Shown: piece after piece, positions 55,795 through 64,000 of the stretch
Layout: every line of letters starts with the position of its first letter
Position numbering within the stretch: position 1 is the stretch's first letter
DNA from: Myxococcota bacterium
GTDB lineage: Bacteria; Myxococcota_A; UBA9160; UBA6930
Length of the DNA stretch: 64,000 nucleotides
Direction: 5' to 3'
NCBI GenBank assembly: GCA_965223415.1
Contig: OZ245002.1
Coordinates: 1-64,000, forward strand
The notes under the pieces: generated by a model
What the model was told of the DNA's origin: nothing
What the model saw: only the letters and a program-made list of their open reading frames with translations
Databases searched by the model: none
Position numbers and translations under genes: made by a program

Positions 55795-57669
55795 TCAGCG
55801 GCCGGCCGCGGCCAGCACGGGCGTCCCGCCCTCCAGCTGGAGCTGGCGGAGGCGCGCGTAGAGCCCGTCCTGCTCCATGAGCTCGGTGTGGCTCCCGCTC
55901 TCGACGAGCTTCCCGTGGTGGAGGACGTAGATGCGGTCGACGTCCTCGATGGTGGAGAGGCGGTGGGCGATCACGAGAGAGGTCTTCCCCTCCATCAGCA
56001 CGTGGATGCCGCGCTGGACCAGGGCCTCGGTTTCGGTGTCGATGGAGCTCGTGGCTTCGTCCAGCACCAGCACGTCGGCGCCGTGGGCCAGGGCCCGGGC
56101 GAAGGACAGGAGCTGGCGCTGGCCCGTGGAGAAGTTGGTGCCGCGCTCCCGCACCTCCGTGTCGTAGCCCTCGGGAAGCGCCGCGATGAAGCGATCGGCC
56201 TCCACCGCCGCCGCCGCCTCGCGGATCGCGTCGCGCCCCAGGTCGTCGCGCCCGAGGGCCAGGTTGTCCGCCACCGTCCCGCTGAACAGGAAGACGTCCT
56301 GGAGCACCATCCCGACCCGGCGGCGCAGCTCGGCCTGGGGGATCTCGCGCAGGTCGACGCCGTCCAGGAGGATGCGACCCCGGTTCACTTCGTAGAGGCG
56401 GGTCAGGAGGTTGATCACCGTGGTCTTGCCGGCGCCGGTGGCCCCGACGAACGCGACCTTCTCGCCGGGCGCGACCTGGAAGGAGACGTCCCGGAGAACC
56501 CAGTCCTCGCCGCCGTAGGCGAACCAGACGTGCTCGAACTCGATCTCGCCGCGGGCGGGCGGCGCCTCCTGGCCGGCGACGTGGCGCTCCCAGCCGGGCT
56601 CCGGGTCCCGGATCGCCGGCTCCGTGTCCAGGAGCTGGAAGATCCGCTCGATGCTGGCCATGGAGGACTGCATCACCGAGTACTTCGCCGAGAGGTCGCG
56701 CAGCGGCATGAAGAAGCGCCGCATGTAGTTGATGAAAAGGTAGATCGTGCCGGCCGTCGCCAGGCCCGTGGCGGCCCAGATGACCACCGCCACGGTGATC
56801 CCGCTGGCGAGCTCGACCACCGAGAAGAGCGCCGAGTCGTACCAGATCGACCGGTGCCAGGCGTCCCGGTGCGCGCCGTTCAGGTCCTCGAAATCGCGCA
56901 GGTTGCGGGCCTCGCGGGTGAAGAGCTGCACCACCTTCATCCCGGTGACCGTCTCCTGGATGGTGGCGTTGATCCGCGCGAGCAGGACCCGGGTGTTCCG
57001 GAAGGCCTCGCGGACCTTCAGGCGGAAAATCACGGCGGCGATCGCCAGGAACGGCACCACGGCGAAGGTCCAGAGCGCCAGCTCCGCGTCCACCCAGAAG
57101 AGCACGGCGGCAAAGCCGATCATCTTGAGGACGTCGGTCACGAAGGCGACGAGCCCCTGGCTGAACATCTCCGCCACGTGCTCCACGTCGCTGGTCGCGC
57201 GGGTGACGAGCCGGCCGACGGGATAGGTGTCGAAGAAGCCCAGGTGCAGGCTCTGGATGTGGTCGAAGACTTCGAGGCGCAGGTCGCGCATGGCAGCCTG
57301 GCCGGTGGCGACCATGAGCAGCATGTGGCCGTAGACGAGGAGCGCCGAGGCCAGGGAGGCGGCCAGGAACAGGCCCGCCAGCCACACCAGCGGGTCCCAG
57401 CCCTCGGGTGCGGTCAGCAGGGCGTCGAGCGGTCCGCTGCCGCTCGCTTCGACGCCGAGCATCACCCGGTCCATGCCGGTCTTCACGATCCAGGCGGGCG
57501 CCAGCTCGAGCGCGAACATCGGCGCCACCATCAGGAGGGTCAGCGCCACCTGCCCCTTGTAGGGCGCGACCCATCCCCAGAGCCGGCGCAGCAGCCTGCG
57601 ATCGACGGCCCGGCCGAGCGCCTCCTCCTCGAGGATCGCATCGAGTCCGCTTCCCCGGGCCCCGCTCAT
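55795..57669 (-). CDS. ABC exporter half-transporter (MdlB/YheH-like)
   Basis: TM domain plus GATGAGKT, FSTGQ, LVLDEATS, IAHR. Confidence 0.93.
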   Translation of the reverse strand: MSGARGSGLDAILEEEALGRAVDRRLLRRLWGWVAPYKGQVALTLLMVAPMFALELAPAWIVKTGMDRVMLGVEASGSGPLDALLTAPEGWDPLVWLAGLFLAASLASALLVYGHMLLMVATGQAAMRDLRLEVFDHIQSLHLGFFDTYPVGRLVTRATSDVEHVAEMFSQGLVAFVTDVLKMIGFAAVLFWVDAELALWTFAVVPFLAIAAVIFRLKVREAFRNTRVLLARINATIQETVTGMKVVQLFTREARNLRDFEDLNGAHRDAWHRSIWYDSALFSVVELASGITVAVVIWAATGLATAGTIYLFINYMRRFFMPLRDLSAKYSVMQSSMASIERIFQLLDTEPAIRDPEPGWERHVAGQEAPPARGEIEFEHVWFAYGGEDWVLRDVSFQVAPGEKVAFVGATGAGKTTVINLLTRLYEVNRGRILLDGVDLREIPQAELRRRVGMVLQDVFLFSGTVADNLALGRDDLGRDAIREAAAAVEADRFIAALPEGYDTEVRERGTNFSTGQRQLLSFARALAHGADVLVLDEATSSIDTETEALVQRGIHVLMEGKTSLVIAHRLSTIEDVDRIYVLHHGKLVESGSHTELMEQDGLYARLRQLQLEGGTPVLAAAGR

Positions 57670-59477
57670 ACGGAGGCCTCCGCCGCGGCCCGGCGCTCCC
57701 GGGCCTCCTGGTCCTGGGCGAGCCGCGCGTACAGACCGCCCTCGGCGAGCAGGCTCTCGTGGGTGCCCTGCTCGACGATGCGTCCCTCGTCGAGCACGAC
57801 GATCAGGTCCGCGTCGCGGACGGTGGTGACCCGCGAGGCGACGATCACCACGGTCCGTCCCTCGAAGACCTCGGCCAGGTTCTCCTGGATGGCGGCCTCG
57901 GTCTCGGCGTCGACGGCGGAGAGGGTGTCGTCCAGGATCAGGATCGACGGATCGAGGGCCAGGGCACGGGCCAGGGCCGTGCGCTGACGCTGGCCCCCGG
58001 AGAGCATCACGCCGCGCTCGCCGACCACCGTCGCATAGCGGTCCGGCAGCTCCGCCACGTCCTTGGCGAGCTGGGCGCGCTCGGCGGCGCGCTGCACCGC
58101 GGCTGGCTCGGTCGCGGGCAGGCCGTAGGCGACGTTGTCCGCCAGCGACATCGAGAACAGGAACGAGTCCTGGGGCACCATCGCGATGCTCCGGCGCAGG
58201 CGATGCAGGGCCACGTGGTTCACGTCGATGCCGTCGACGAAGACGTGACCGTCCTCCACCTCGTAGAGCCGCGGGATCAGTGATGCCAGGGTGGTCTTGC
58301 CCGCGCCGACGGGGCCGACCACGCCGAGCACGCTGCCGGCCGGGACGCGCAGGTTCAGCTCGCGCAGCGCCGGCTCCCGCTCGCTCCCGGGGTAGGTGAA
58401 AGTGAGGTCTCGGAACTCGAGCTCGCCGCGGGGATGGCGCAGGTCGACGGCCTCCGGCGGGTCGGCGATGGAGGGCTCCGTCGCGAGCACCTCGTCGATG
58501 CGCTGCATCGACGCGGTGCCCCGCTGCACCAGGTTGAAGACCCAGCCCATGATGAAGATGGGGAAGGTCAGCTCGTAGTTGAACATGGAGAAGACGAAGA
58601 ACTGGGAGAGAGGCATCTCCCCGTCCATCACCGCGTGCCCGCCGACCAGGAAGATGATCCACATGCCGACCATCGGGAGCAGGCTCGTCACGGCGGGCAT
58701 CGCGCCGTTCACCCTCGCCACGTGCAGCCAGCGGCGGTAGAGGTCGTCGCACAGCCCCTCGAAGCGATCGCGGGTGTGGCCCTCCATCGCGTAGGCCTTC
58801 ACCACCGCGATGCCGGAGACGGTCTCCTGGAGGTGGTTCGACATGTCGGAGAGGCCCACCTGCACCGCCAGATTGCTCGAGTGCATGGCCCGGCCGAAGG
58901 CCCGCGAGATCAGGATGAAGAGCGGGTACGGGATGAGGACCAGGGCCGCGAGCTTCGGATTCAGGTAGAACATCGTCGCCAGCGTGGCGCCCATCAGGAT
59001 GGGCGTCTGCGCGACGGAGAGGAGCCCCGGCCCCAGCATCAGCCGCACCGAGGTGAGATCGTTCACGCAGCGGCTCATCAGATCGCCGGTGCGCCAGCGG
59101 AAGTAGAAGGACTGGGGCAGGCGCTGGAGATGCTCGAACAGATCGTTACGGATCTGGTACTCGATCTCCCGGGCCGCGTTGAAGATGCGCACCCGCGAGA
59201 AGAAGCGGACCCCGGAGCGGGCGATCGCCACCGCGAACAGCCATCCGCAGCGGCGGCCCACCTCGGCGGCCGGGAGGCCCTCGACGAGGGCTTCGATGCA
59301 CCAGCCCACCATGATGGGCAGCGCAACGAAGAAGCCGGCGTAGAGCATCGTCGTGAGCACGCCGAGCACGTAGTCGGCCTTGTTGCGGGCGACGTAGTGG
59401 GCGAGGCGCCGGAACATCGTCCGGCGGTTCTCCGCGATGGTCGCCCGGTCCTGGACGAAGCCTTCCGCGGCGCTCAC
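57666..59477 (-). CDS. ABC exporter half-transporter (MdlA/YheI-like)
   Basis: TM domain plus GPVGAGKT, LSGGQ, degenerate Walker B LILDD, His switch replaced (VASR). Confidence 0.93.
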   Translation of the reverse strand: MSAAEGFVQDRATIAENRRTMFRRLAHYVARNKADYVLGVLTTMLYAGFFVALPIMVGWCIEALVEGLPAAEVGRRCGWLFAVAIARSGVRFFSRVRIFNAAREIEYQIRNDLFEHLQRLPQSFYFRWRTGDLMSRCVNDLTSVRLMLGPGLLSVAQTPILMGATLATMFYLNPKLAALVLIPYPLFILISRAFGRAMHSSNLAVQVGLSDMSNHLQETVSGIAVVKAYAMEGHTRDRFEGLCDDLYRRWLHVARVNGAMPAVTSLLPMVGMWIIFLVGGHAVMDGEMPLSQFFVFSMFNYELTFPIFIMGWVFNLVQRGTASMQRIDEVLATEPSIADPPEAVDLRHPRGELEFRDLTFTYPGSEREPALRELNLRVPAGSVLGVVGPVGAGKTTLASLIPRLYEVEDGHVFVDGIDVNHVALHRLRRSIAMVPQDSFLFSMSLADNVAYGLPATEPAAVQRAAERAQLAKDVAELPDRYATVVGERGVMLSGGQRQRTALARALALDPSILILDDTLSAVDAETEAAIQENLAEVFEGRTVVIVASRVTTVRDADLIVVLDEGRIVEQGTHESLLAEGGLYARLAQDQEARERRAAAEASV

Positions 59478-60166
59478 GAGCGGTACCAGGCGGCGACGCG
59501 CTCCCGGTCGAGGCCGAGCCGCCAGGCCAGGAGCGCGCCCAGGTTGCGGAGCACGGTGCGCGCGAAGCCGCGGCGCTCGTAGCGCCGGGGCGAGGTCTCG
59601 ACCGCCTCGGAGAGCAGCGCCAGCCGCCCACGGCGCCGCACCTCCCGCACCAGGTCGAGGTCTTCCATGATGGGCGCCTGGGGGACGCCCCCCATCGCCT
59701 CGAGCACCGGGCGGCGGACGAACAGCGCCTGGTCGCCGTAGGGCAGCCGGAACAGCCGCACCCTCACACGCACCCAGGTCTCGACGAAGCGGAGACGGGC
59801 GCCTTCCCCGGAGAAACGGAAGGCGAAGGCGCCGCCGGACACGGCCGGATCGGCGAGGGCGCGCCGGACGGCGCCCGCCCAGCCCTCGGGCAGCCGCGTA
59901 TCCGCGTGGAGGAAGCAGAGCACGTCCGCGGGCCCGGCGGCGGCCGCACCGGCCGCCAGCTGTCGCGCTCGCCCCGGCTCACTCGGCACCACCCGCGCTC
60001 CTTCCTCTCGTGCTCGCTCTGCCGTCGCGTCCGCACTGCCCCCATCGGCGACGATCACGTCGACTTCCAGGCCACGGGCGCTCCCATCCGGACCGAGGAC
60101 GCTCCGGATGGCGGCGCGGATCCGATCGGCCTCGTGGAGCGCGGGGATCACGACCGCGATCCGCAC
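59474..60166 (-). CDS. GT2 glycosyltransferase, TIGR04283-like
   Basis: VIPALHE, DGGS.D.T, GRARQL, FLHADT, PYGDQALF, MEDL, TSPRR. Confidence 0.88.
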   Translation of the reverse strand: MRIAVVIPALHEADRIRAAIRSVLGPDGSARGLEVDVIVADGGSADATAERAREEGARVVPSEPGRARQLAAGAAAAGPADVLCFLHADTRLPEGWAGAVRRALADPAVSGGAFAFRFSGEGARLRFVETWVRVRVRLFRLPYGDQALFVRRPVLEAMGGVPQAPIMEDLDLVREVRRRGRLALLSEAVETSPRRYERRGFARTVLRNLGALLAWRLGLDRERVAAWYRS

Positions 60167-60271
60167 GACTTCACTCTAGCGCCGCCCGGGGCCGGCGGCG
60201 AAGGCCCCCGCAGGGGCCACGGGCACGGGTAGGCACTTGTCACGGCCGTCCGCCAACGAATAGGATGGGGA

Positions 60272-60913
60272 ATGCGCACGACGCCCTCGCTTCGCGGCCG
60301 CTTGTCGGTCCTTGCGGTGGTGCTTCCGCTCCTGCTCGCACCCGCCTGCGTCTTCAAGGGAATCGCCATCAACGAGCCCGCCAGGGACGAGCTCGAGACC
60401 GACGATGCCGTGCGCCTCGAGGCGCGGGTGGCGCCCCACATCGACGTCCTGACGGTGGCGGTGCTGCTCGACGGCGTGGACCTGATCCAGCACTTCGGCC
60501 TGGTCCCGCCCTTCACCGGGCAGGGCGGCAACGTGATGATCGGCGGCGACCTGGTCACGATCAGCGGCTTCGAGTTCGACCCGGCGCTGGGCTTGCCACA
60601 GCTCTCCCTCGACGCGAGCGGGCTCTCCCTGGGCGCCCACGATTTCGAGATCTCGGGCTTCCGGCCCTCGGACGGCGCGACGGTCGTGACCACCCGGAAT
60701 TTCGCGATGATCGGCACCCTCGACGAGAAGGTGCGCGCCGTGACGAGCGCCGGCATGCTGCGCCGCTCGGCGACCTTCGGCGGCTTCCGGCTGGGCAACG
60801 CCGCCGCCGGAGTTGCCGCCGCAGGCGAACCGGTCGCCTACCCGGACGGGTCGGAGCTCCGTGCGGGCGTGGTCGAGGCCATCGAAGCCCGTTTGGCCGG
60901 CGGAACGCCGTAG
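60272..60913 (+). CDS. Hypothetical lipoprotein
   Basis: Hydrophobic signal ending LAPAC; beta-rich body; high GC3. Confidence 0.7.
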   Translation: MRTTPSLRGRLSVLAVVLPLLLAPACVFKGIAINEPARDELETDDAVRLEARVAPHIDVLTVAVLLDGVDLIQHFGLVPPFTGQGGNVMIGGDLVTISGFEFDPALGLPQLSLDASGLSLGAHDFEISGFRPSDGATVVTTRNFAMIGTLDEKVRAVTSAGMLRRSATFGGFRLGNAAAGVAAAGEPVAYPDGSELRAGVVEAIEARLAGGTP

Positions 60914-60932
60914 GCCCCGGGCGGGAGCATCC

Positions 60933-62900
60933 ATGTCGCGAGCCCCCGGTATCGTCCTCCTCGCCTTCTTGCTGCTGGCCGCGGGGGCGCCGGCGGCACC
61001 TCCCGACGTTCCCGGCAGCTTCAGCTACCAGGGCGTGCTCCTGGACACGAGCGGCCAGCCCCAGAGCGGGCCCGTCGACCTCACGATCCGCCTGTGGGAC
61101 GCGGCGCTCGGCGGCGTGCTCCTCTACAAGCAGGAGCGCAACAACACGATCCTGGTGGACGGCGTCTTCACCATCGTGATCGGCCCCACCGGGGTCGGGA
61201 CCGACGTGCCGACGAACCCGCTCGCAACGAACCTGGTCTCCGTCCTGACGACGGACCTGGGCGCCCTGGCCGAGGTGTGGCTCGAGCTCTCGGTGGACGG
61301 GAGCCTGCCGCTCGCGCGGAACAAGCTCCAGTCCGTGCCCTTCGCGGTGCGATCCGAGTCCTCGGCGTCGGCCGACACCGCCGACACGGCGACCAACCTC
61401 CAGACGGGCGGCGGCGTGAGCACCGCGATCCTCGACGCCATCTGGCTCCATCACAACTTCGACGGCGGCCCGCCGAACACCGACCCGAGCGAGGGCACCG
61501 GCGATACGGATCTGGACTCGATCCCGAACTTCGTCGACGACGACAACGACAACGACGGCCTGACCGACTCCGTCGAGGTCGCCCAGGGCTCCAACATCAA
61601 TCTCGTCACGCCGACGCTCACCGGGTTCTCGGGCGATGGCTCCAACATCCAGGACGTCAGCCTCTCCGCCACCGGAACGAACTTCGATCCTGCACTCACC
61701 ACCACGGTGGGGGGCGGCTCCGTGGCGCCCTCGGGCATCACCTCGACGGCCTTCGACTTCGTGGCACCGCGCCTGCCGGCGGGAAGCCACCCGGTCGTGG
61801 TCACGCTGCCGAACGGCGAGTCGGACACGCTGAACCTCTCCTACTCCTTCACGGATCCGGGCCCGCCGACCTTCCTCTCGATCCCGATCGCCCTCGCGAC
61901 GGCCCCCATCGAAGCGATGGCCCTGGGAGCAGACCGACTGCTGATCCACTCGGACGACGACTACGCCTGGGACGTCGTCGACGACGGGCAGATCGTGCTG
62001 GGCCCGGCCGTCGAAGGGATCCTCGCTCCCGGGTCGACCGCCGACACCGTCGCCCTCGCATGGGACTCGACGGGCCGCCTCGGCGCCGTGCATCGCAACA
62101 ACGGGACCGGAATGGTCGAGGTCTTCCTCGACGCGGACCTGAGCGGACAGCTCGAGTTCGGAGAGCGGACGGCGGTGGAGCTCGCGGATCCGGGTGGCGT
62201 CGCCCTGGCCTTCGACGCCTCGGATCGGCTCGTCGGCGGATACGTCCGCCCCACCGTGACGGTGACCCAGATCCGGGTCTTCCAGGACGCAGACGGCGAC
62301 GGCACGATCGCCGCTGGCGAGATCGTGACCGCCGAGTCCTGGACCGGTGCCGTTCCCTCCTCGGGGGAGATCGCCGTCGACTCCGCATCCCGGGTCGCCT
62401 ACGTCACCGAGGATCCGACCGCCGACCTCCTGCGCGTCGTCTGGGACCGGAGCGGGGACGGCGACTTCGACGATACCGTGAGCGGGAACCCGGAGTCCTT
62501 CGCCCCGGCGGGCTCGATCTCGTGCCTCGGCGCCGACTTCGACGCCAACGACGCGCTGGTGGTCGTGTACGGCAGCGGCGGTGCGCTCACCCTGGCACGC
62601 GATACCAGCGGAGACGGAGACTTCGCCGATGCCGGCGAGACGGTAGTGCTGGCGCCCCTCCAGCTGGGGAATCCGAGCAGCTGCGACGTCGATGCCAGCG
62701 GACCGGGAGTGGCCGTCTCGGCCACGGACGGAACCCACCTGGAGCTCTTCCTCGATCGCAACGCCGATGGCGATTTCGACGAGTTCGATGACCGGGCCTT
62801 CCTCGGCACGGGCGTCTCGGCGCCGATCGCCGTGGAGCGGCTCGGCAACGGCGAGGTGATCGTCCTGGCGCCGCAGGGCATCGTGGAGGATCCGCTCTAG
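60933..62900 (+). CDS. Secreted adhesin-like protein (fibre-type N-terminal domain, TSP3-like Ca repeats, IPT/Ig-like domain, Asp-rich repeat domain)
   Basis: Signal peptide; SFSYQGVLLD..G.P..G; DTDLDSIPNFVDDDNDNDGLTD; repeated DxxGDGDF. Confidence 0.75.
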   Translation: MSRAPGIVLLAFLLLAAGAPAAPPDVPGSFSYQGVLLDTSGQPQSGPVDLTIRLWDAALGGVLLYKQERNNTILVDGVFTIVIGPTGVGTDVPTNPLATNLVSVLTTDLGALAEVWLELSVDGSLPLARNKLQSVPFAVRSESSASADTADTATNLQTGGGVSTAILDAIWLHHNFDGGPPNTDPSEGTGDTDLDSIPNFVDDDNDNDGLTDSVEVAQGSNINLVTPTLTGFSGDGSNIQDVSLSATGTNFDPALTTTVGGGSVAPSGITSTAFDFVAPRLPAGSHPVVVTLPNGESDTLNLSYSFTDPGPPTFLSIPIALATAPIEAMALGADRLLIHSDDDYAWDVVDDGQIVLGPAVEGILAPGSTADTVALAWDSTGRLGAVHRNNGTGMVEVFLDADLSGQLEFGERTAVELADPGGVALAFDASDRLVGGYVRPTVTVTQIRVFQDADGDGTIAAGEIVTAESWTGAVPSSGEIAVDSASRVAYVTEDPTADLLRVVWDRSGDGDFDDTVSGNPESFAPAGSISCLGADFDANDALVVVYGSGGALTLARDTSGDGDFADAGETVVLAPLQLGNPSSCDVDASGPGVAVSATDGTHLELFLDRNADGDFDEFDDRAFLGTGVSAPIAVERLGNGEVIVLAPQGIVEDPL

Positions 62901-63886
62901 GGAGCCGCTGCCCCCGCCTCACCCATCAGGTGCCGCCGGAACCAGGCCAGCGCCAGGTCCGACGCCTCGCCGTACGTCCCGGTGTAGACGTCGTAGTGCT
63001 TGCCCGGGAACACCTCGTAGCGAGCCGGTGCGTTCGCCTTGACCTTCTCGTACGCGGCGAGGCCGTTCTCCTTGCGGTCGAAGAGCTCCTCGTCCTCCAT
63101 GTCGATGAAGAGGGTCGGGATGCGCACCCGAGCCGCGTAGTCCAGCGGGCGGTACGACACCATGCGCGCCACGTCCGGGGTGCCGCTCAAGCCGGGCGCT
63201 CCGTCGATGCCCTGGGGCAGCGGCGGGTCGAGCTCGCCGCGGGCCTTCTCCCGTGCGCGGCGCTCCGCGTGCAGGAGGAGCTCCGGCGGCGACGTGCCGC
63301 CGCCCTGGGCGCCGACCTGGGCCACCGCCGCCGCGAGCGACTCGGTCGCCGCCATCACGACCGCGTGGCCTCCCCCGTAGCTCGTGCCCCAGATGCCGAT
63401 GCGCCCGGGGTCCACGTCCGGCTCGCTGCGCAGCACGGCGAGGGCCGCCCGCAGGTCCTCGAGCTGGTCCCAGGGATCGACGACCTCGCGGATCTCCCGC
63501 GCCGTCACGGTGACCCGTCCTTCGTCGTCCGGATCCGGCAGGGGCGCGTCGGGGACGAGGCGACCGTCGCTCTCGCCCCAGCCGCGGTAGTCGAAGCTGA
63601 GGACGACGAAGCCGGCCGCCGCGAACTTCGGGGCGTAGGTCGCATCCAGGTGCTCGCGGAGGCCGCCCCAGCCGTGGGCCAGCAGGATGGCCGGGCGCTT
63701 GTCGCCCTTCTCGGAGGTGGCGCCCTTCGCCCGCCACACGCGGGCCGCCATGCGGGTGCCCTGGCTCCAGATCGTGAGGGAGGTGGATTCGGCGCCGTAG
63801 TACAGCTCGGCGGCACAGCTGGCGCCCGGCGTGGCGAGGGTGGCGGCGAGCAGCCCGAGCGCTGCGAGGTGGCGGTGCATCGGCAT
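62897..63886 (-). CDS. Secreted alpha/beta hydrolase (S15/CocE-like)
   Basis: AHGWGG, FDYRGWGES, GTSYGG nucleophile motif, C-terminal His; signal peptide. Confidence 0.85.
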   Translation of the reverse strand: MPMHRHLAALGLLAATLATPGASCAAELYYGAESTSLTIWSQGTRMAARVWRAKGATSEKGDKRPAILLAHGWGGLREHLDATYAPKFAAAGFVVLSFDYRGWGESDGRLVPDAPLPDPDDEGRVTVTAREIREVVDPWDQLEDLRAALAVLRSEPDVDPGRIGIWGTSYGGGHAVVMAATESLAAAVAQVGAQGGGTSPPELLLHAERRAREKARGELDPPLPQGIDGAPGLSGTPDVARMVSYRPLDYAARVRIPTLFIDMEDEELFDRKENGLAAYEKVKANAPARYEVFPGKHYDVYTGTYGEASDLALAWFRRHLMGEAGAAAP

Positions 63887-63939
63887 GGGGGCGTTCCTCC
63901 CGGTGCGTGCTATGGAATCCCCTTCCCGGAGGAGACGCC

Positions 63940-64000
63940 ATGGCAAAGGATCTCAAGCTCGGCCTGCAGCTCGGCTACTGGCAGGCCCAGCCCCACCCGA
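63940..64000 (+). CDS. Start of probable LLM-class (F420/FMN-dependent) oxidoreductase, 3'-truncated
   Basis: GGAGGAG RBS; MAKDLKLGLQLGYWQAQP resembles LLM N-termini; only 20 codons visible. Confidence 0.55.
   Translation, partial: MAKDLKLGLQLGYWQAQPHP

Noticed and set aside
60933..62900. Prophage tail gene
   Set aside because: It has a signal peptide and no phage structural, integrase or lysis genes nearby

Overview
GC-rich bacterial chromosomal window, probably Myxococcota-related. This is inferred from the giant TPR protein with a PilZ neighbour, a TPR-Ser/Thr kinase, an extra Hsp70/J pair and a sigma54 promoter; the 16S was not classified. It is mostly housekeeping: lpxC, yebC-ruvCAB, purE, aroE, a complete minus-strand rRNA operon (16S-tRNA-Ile-tRNA-Ala-23S-5S), tyrS, zapAB, gltBD, glpK, ftsY, smc and a heterodimeric ABC exporter. 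The signals most worth following up are: (1) a lipoprotein fusing two thioredoxin-like domains to a duplicated c554-like octaheme cytochrome; (2) a BCP/PrxQ peroxiredoxin missed by the ORF track, whose peroxidatic Cys codon is TGA followed by a SECIS-like hairpin (probable selenoprotein); (3) a ~160-nt three-way-junction structure in the gltB 5' leader; (4) three decayed copies of a RAYT/HUH Y1 transposase element with long inverted ends, each between convergent genes; (5) an rplX-rpmG pair outside the spc operon; (6) a sigma54 promoter with tandem palindromic enhancer-like sites at lpxC; (7) a lid-less Hsp70 with a 12-aa acidic repeat tail. All calls come from reading the sequence and recognising motifs; no database searches or folding programs were run.
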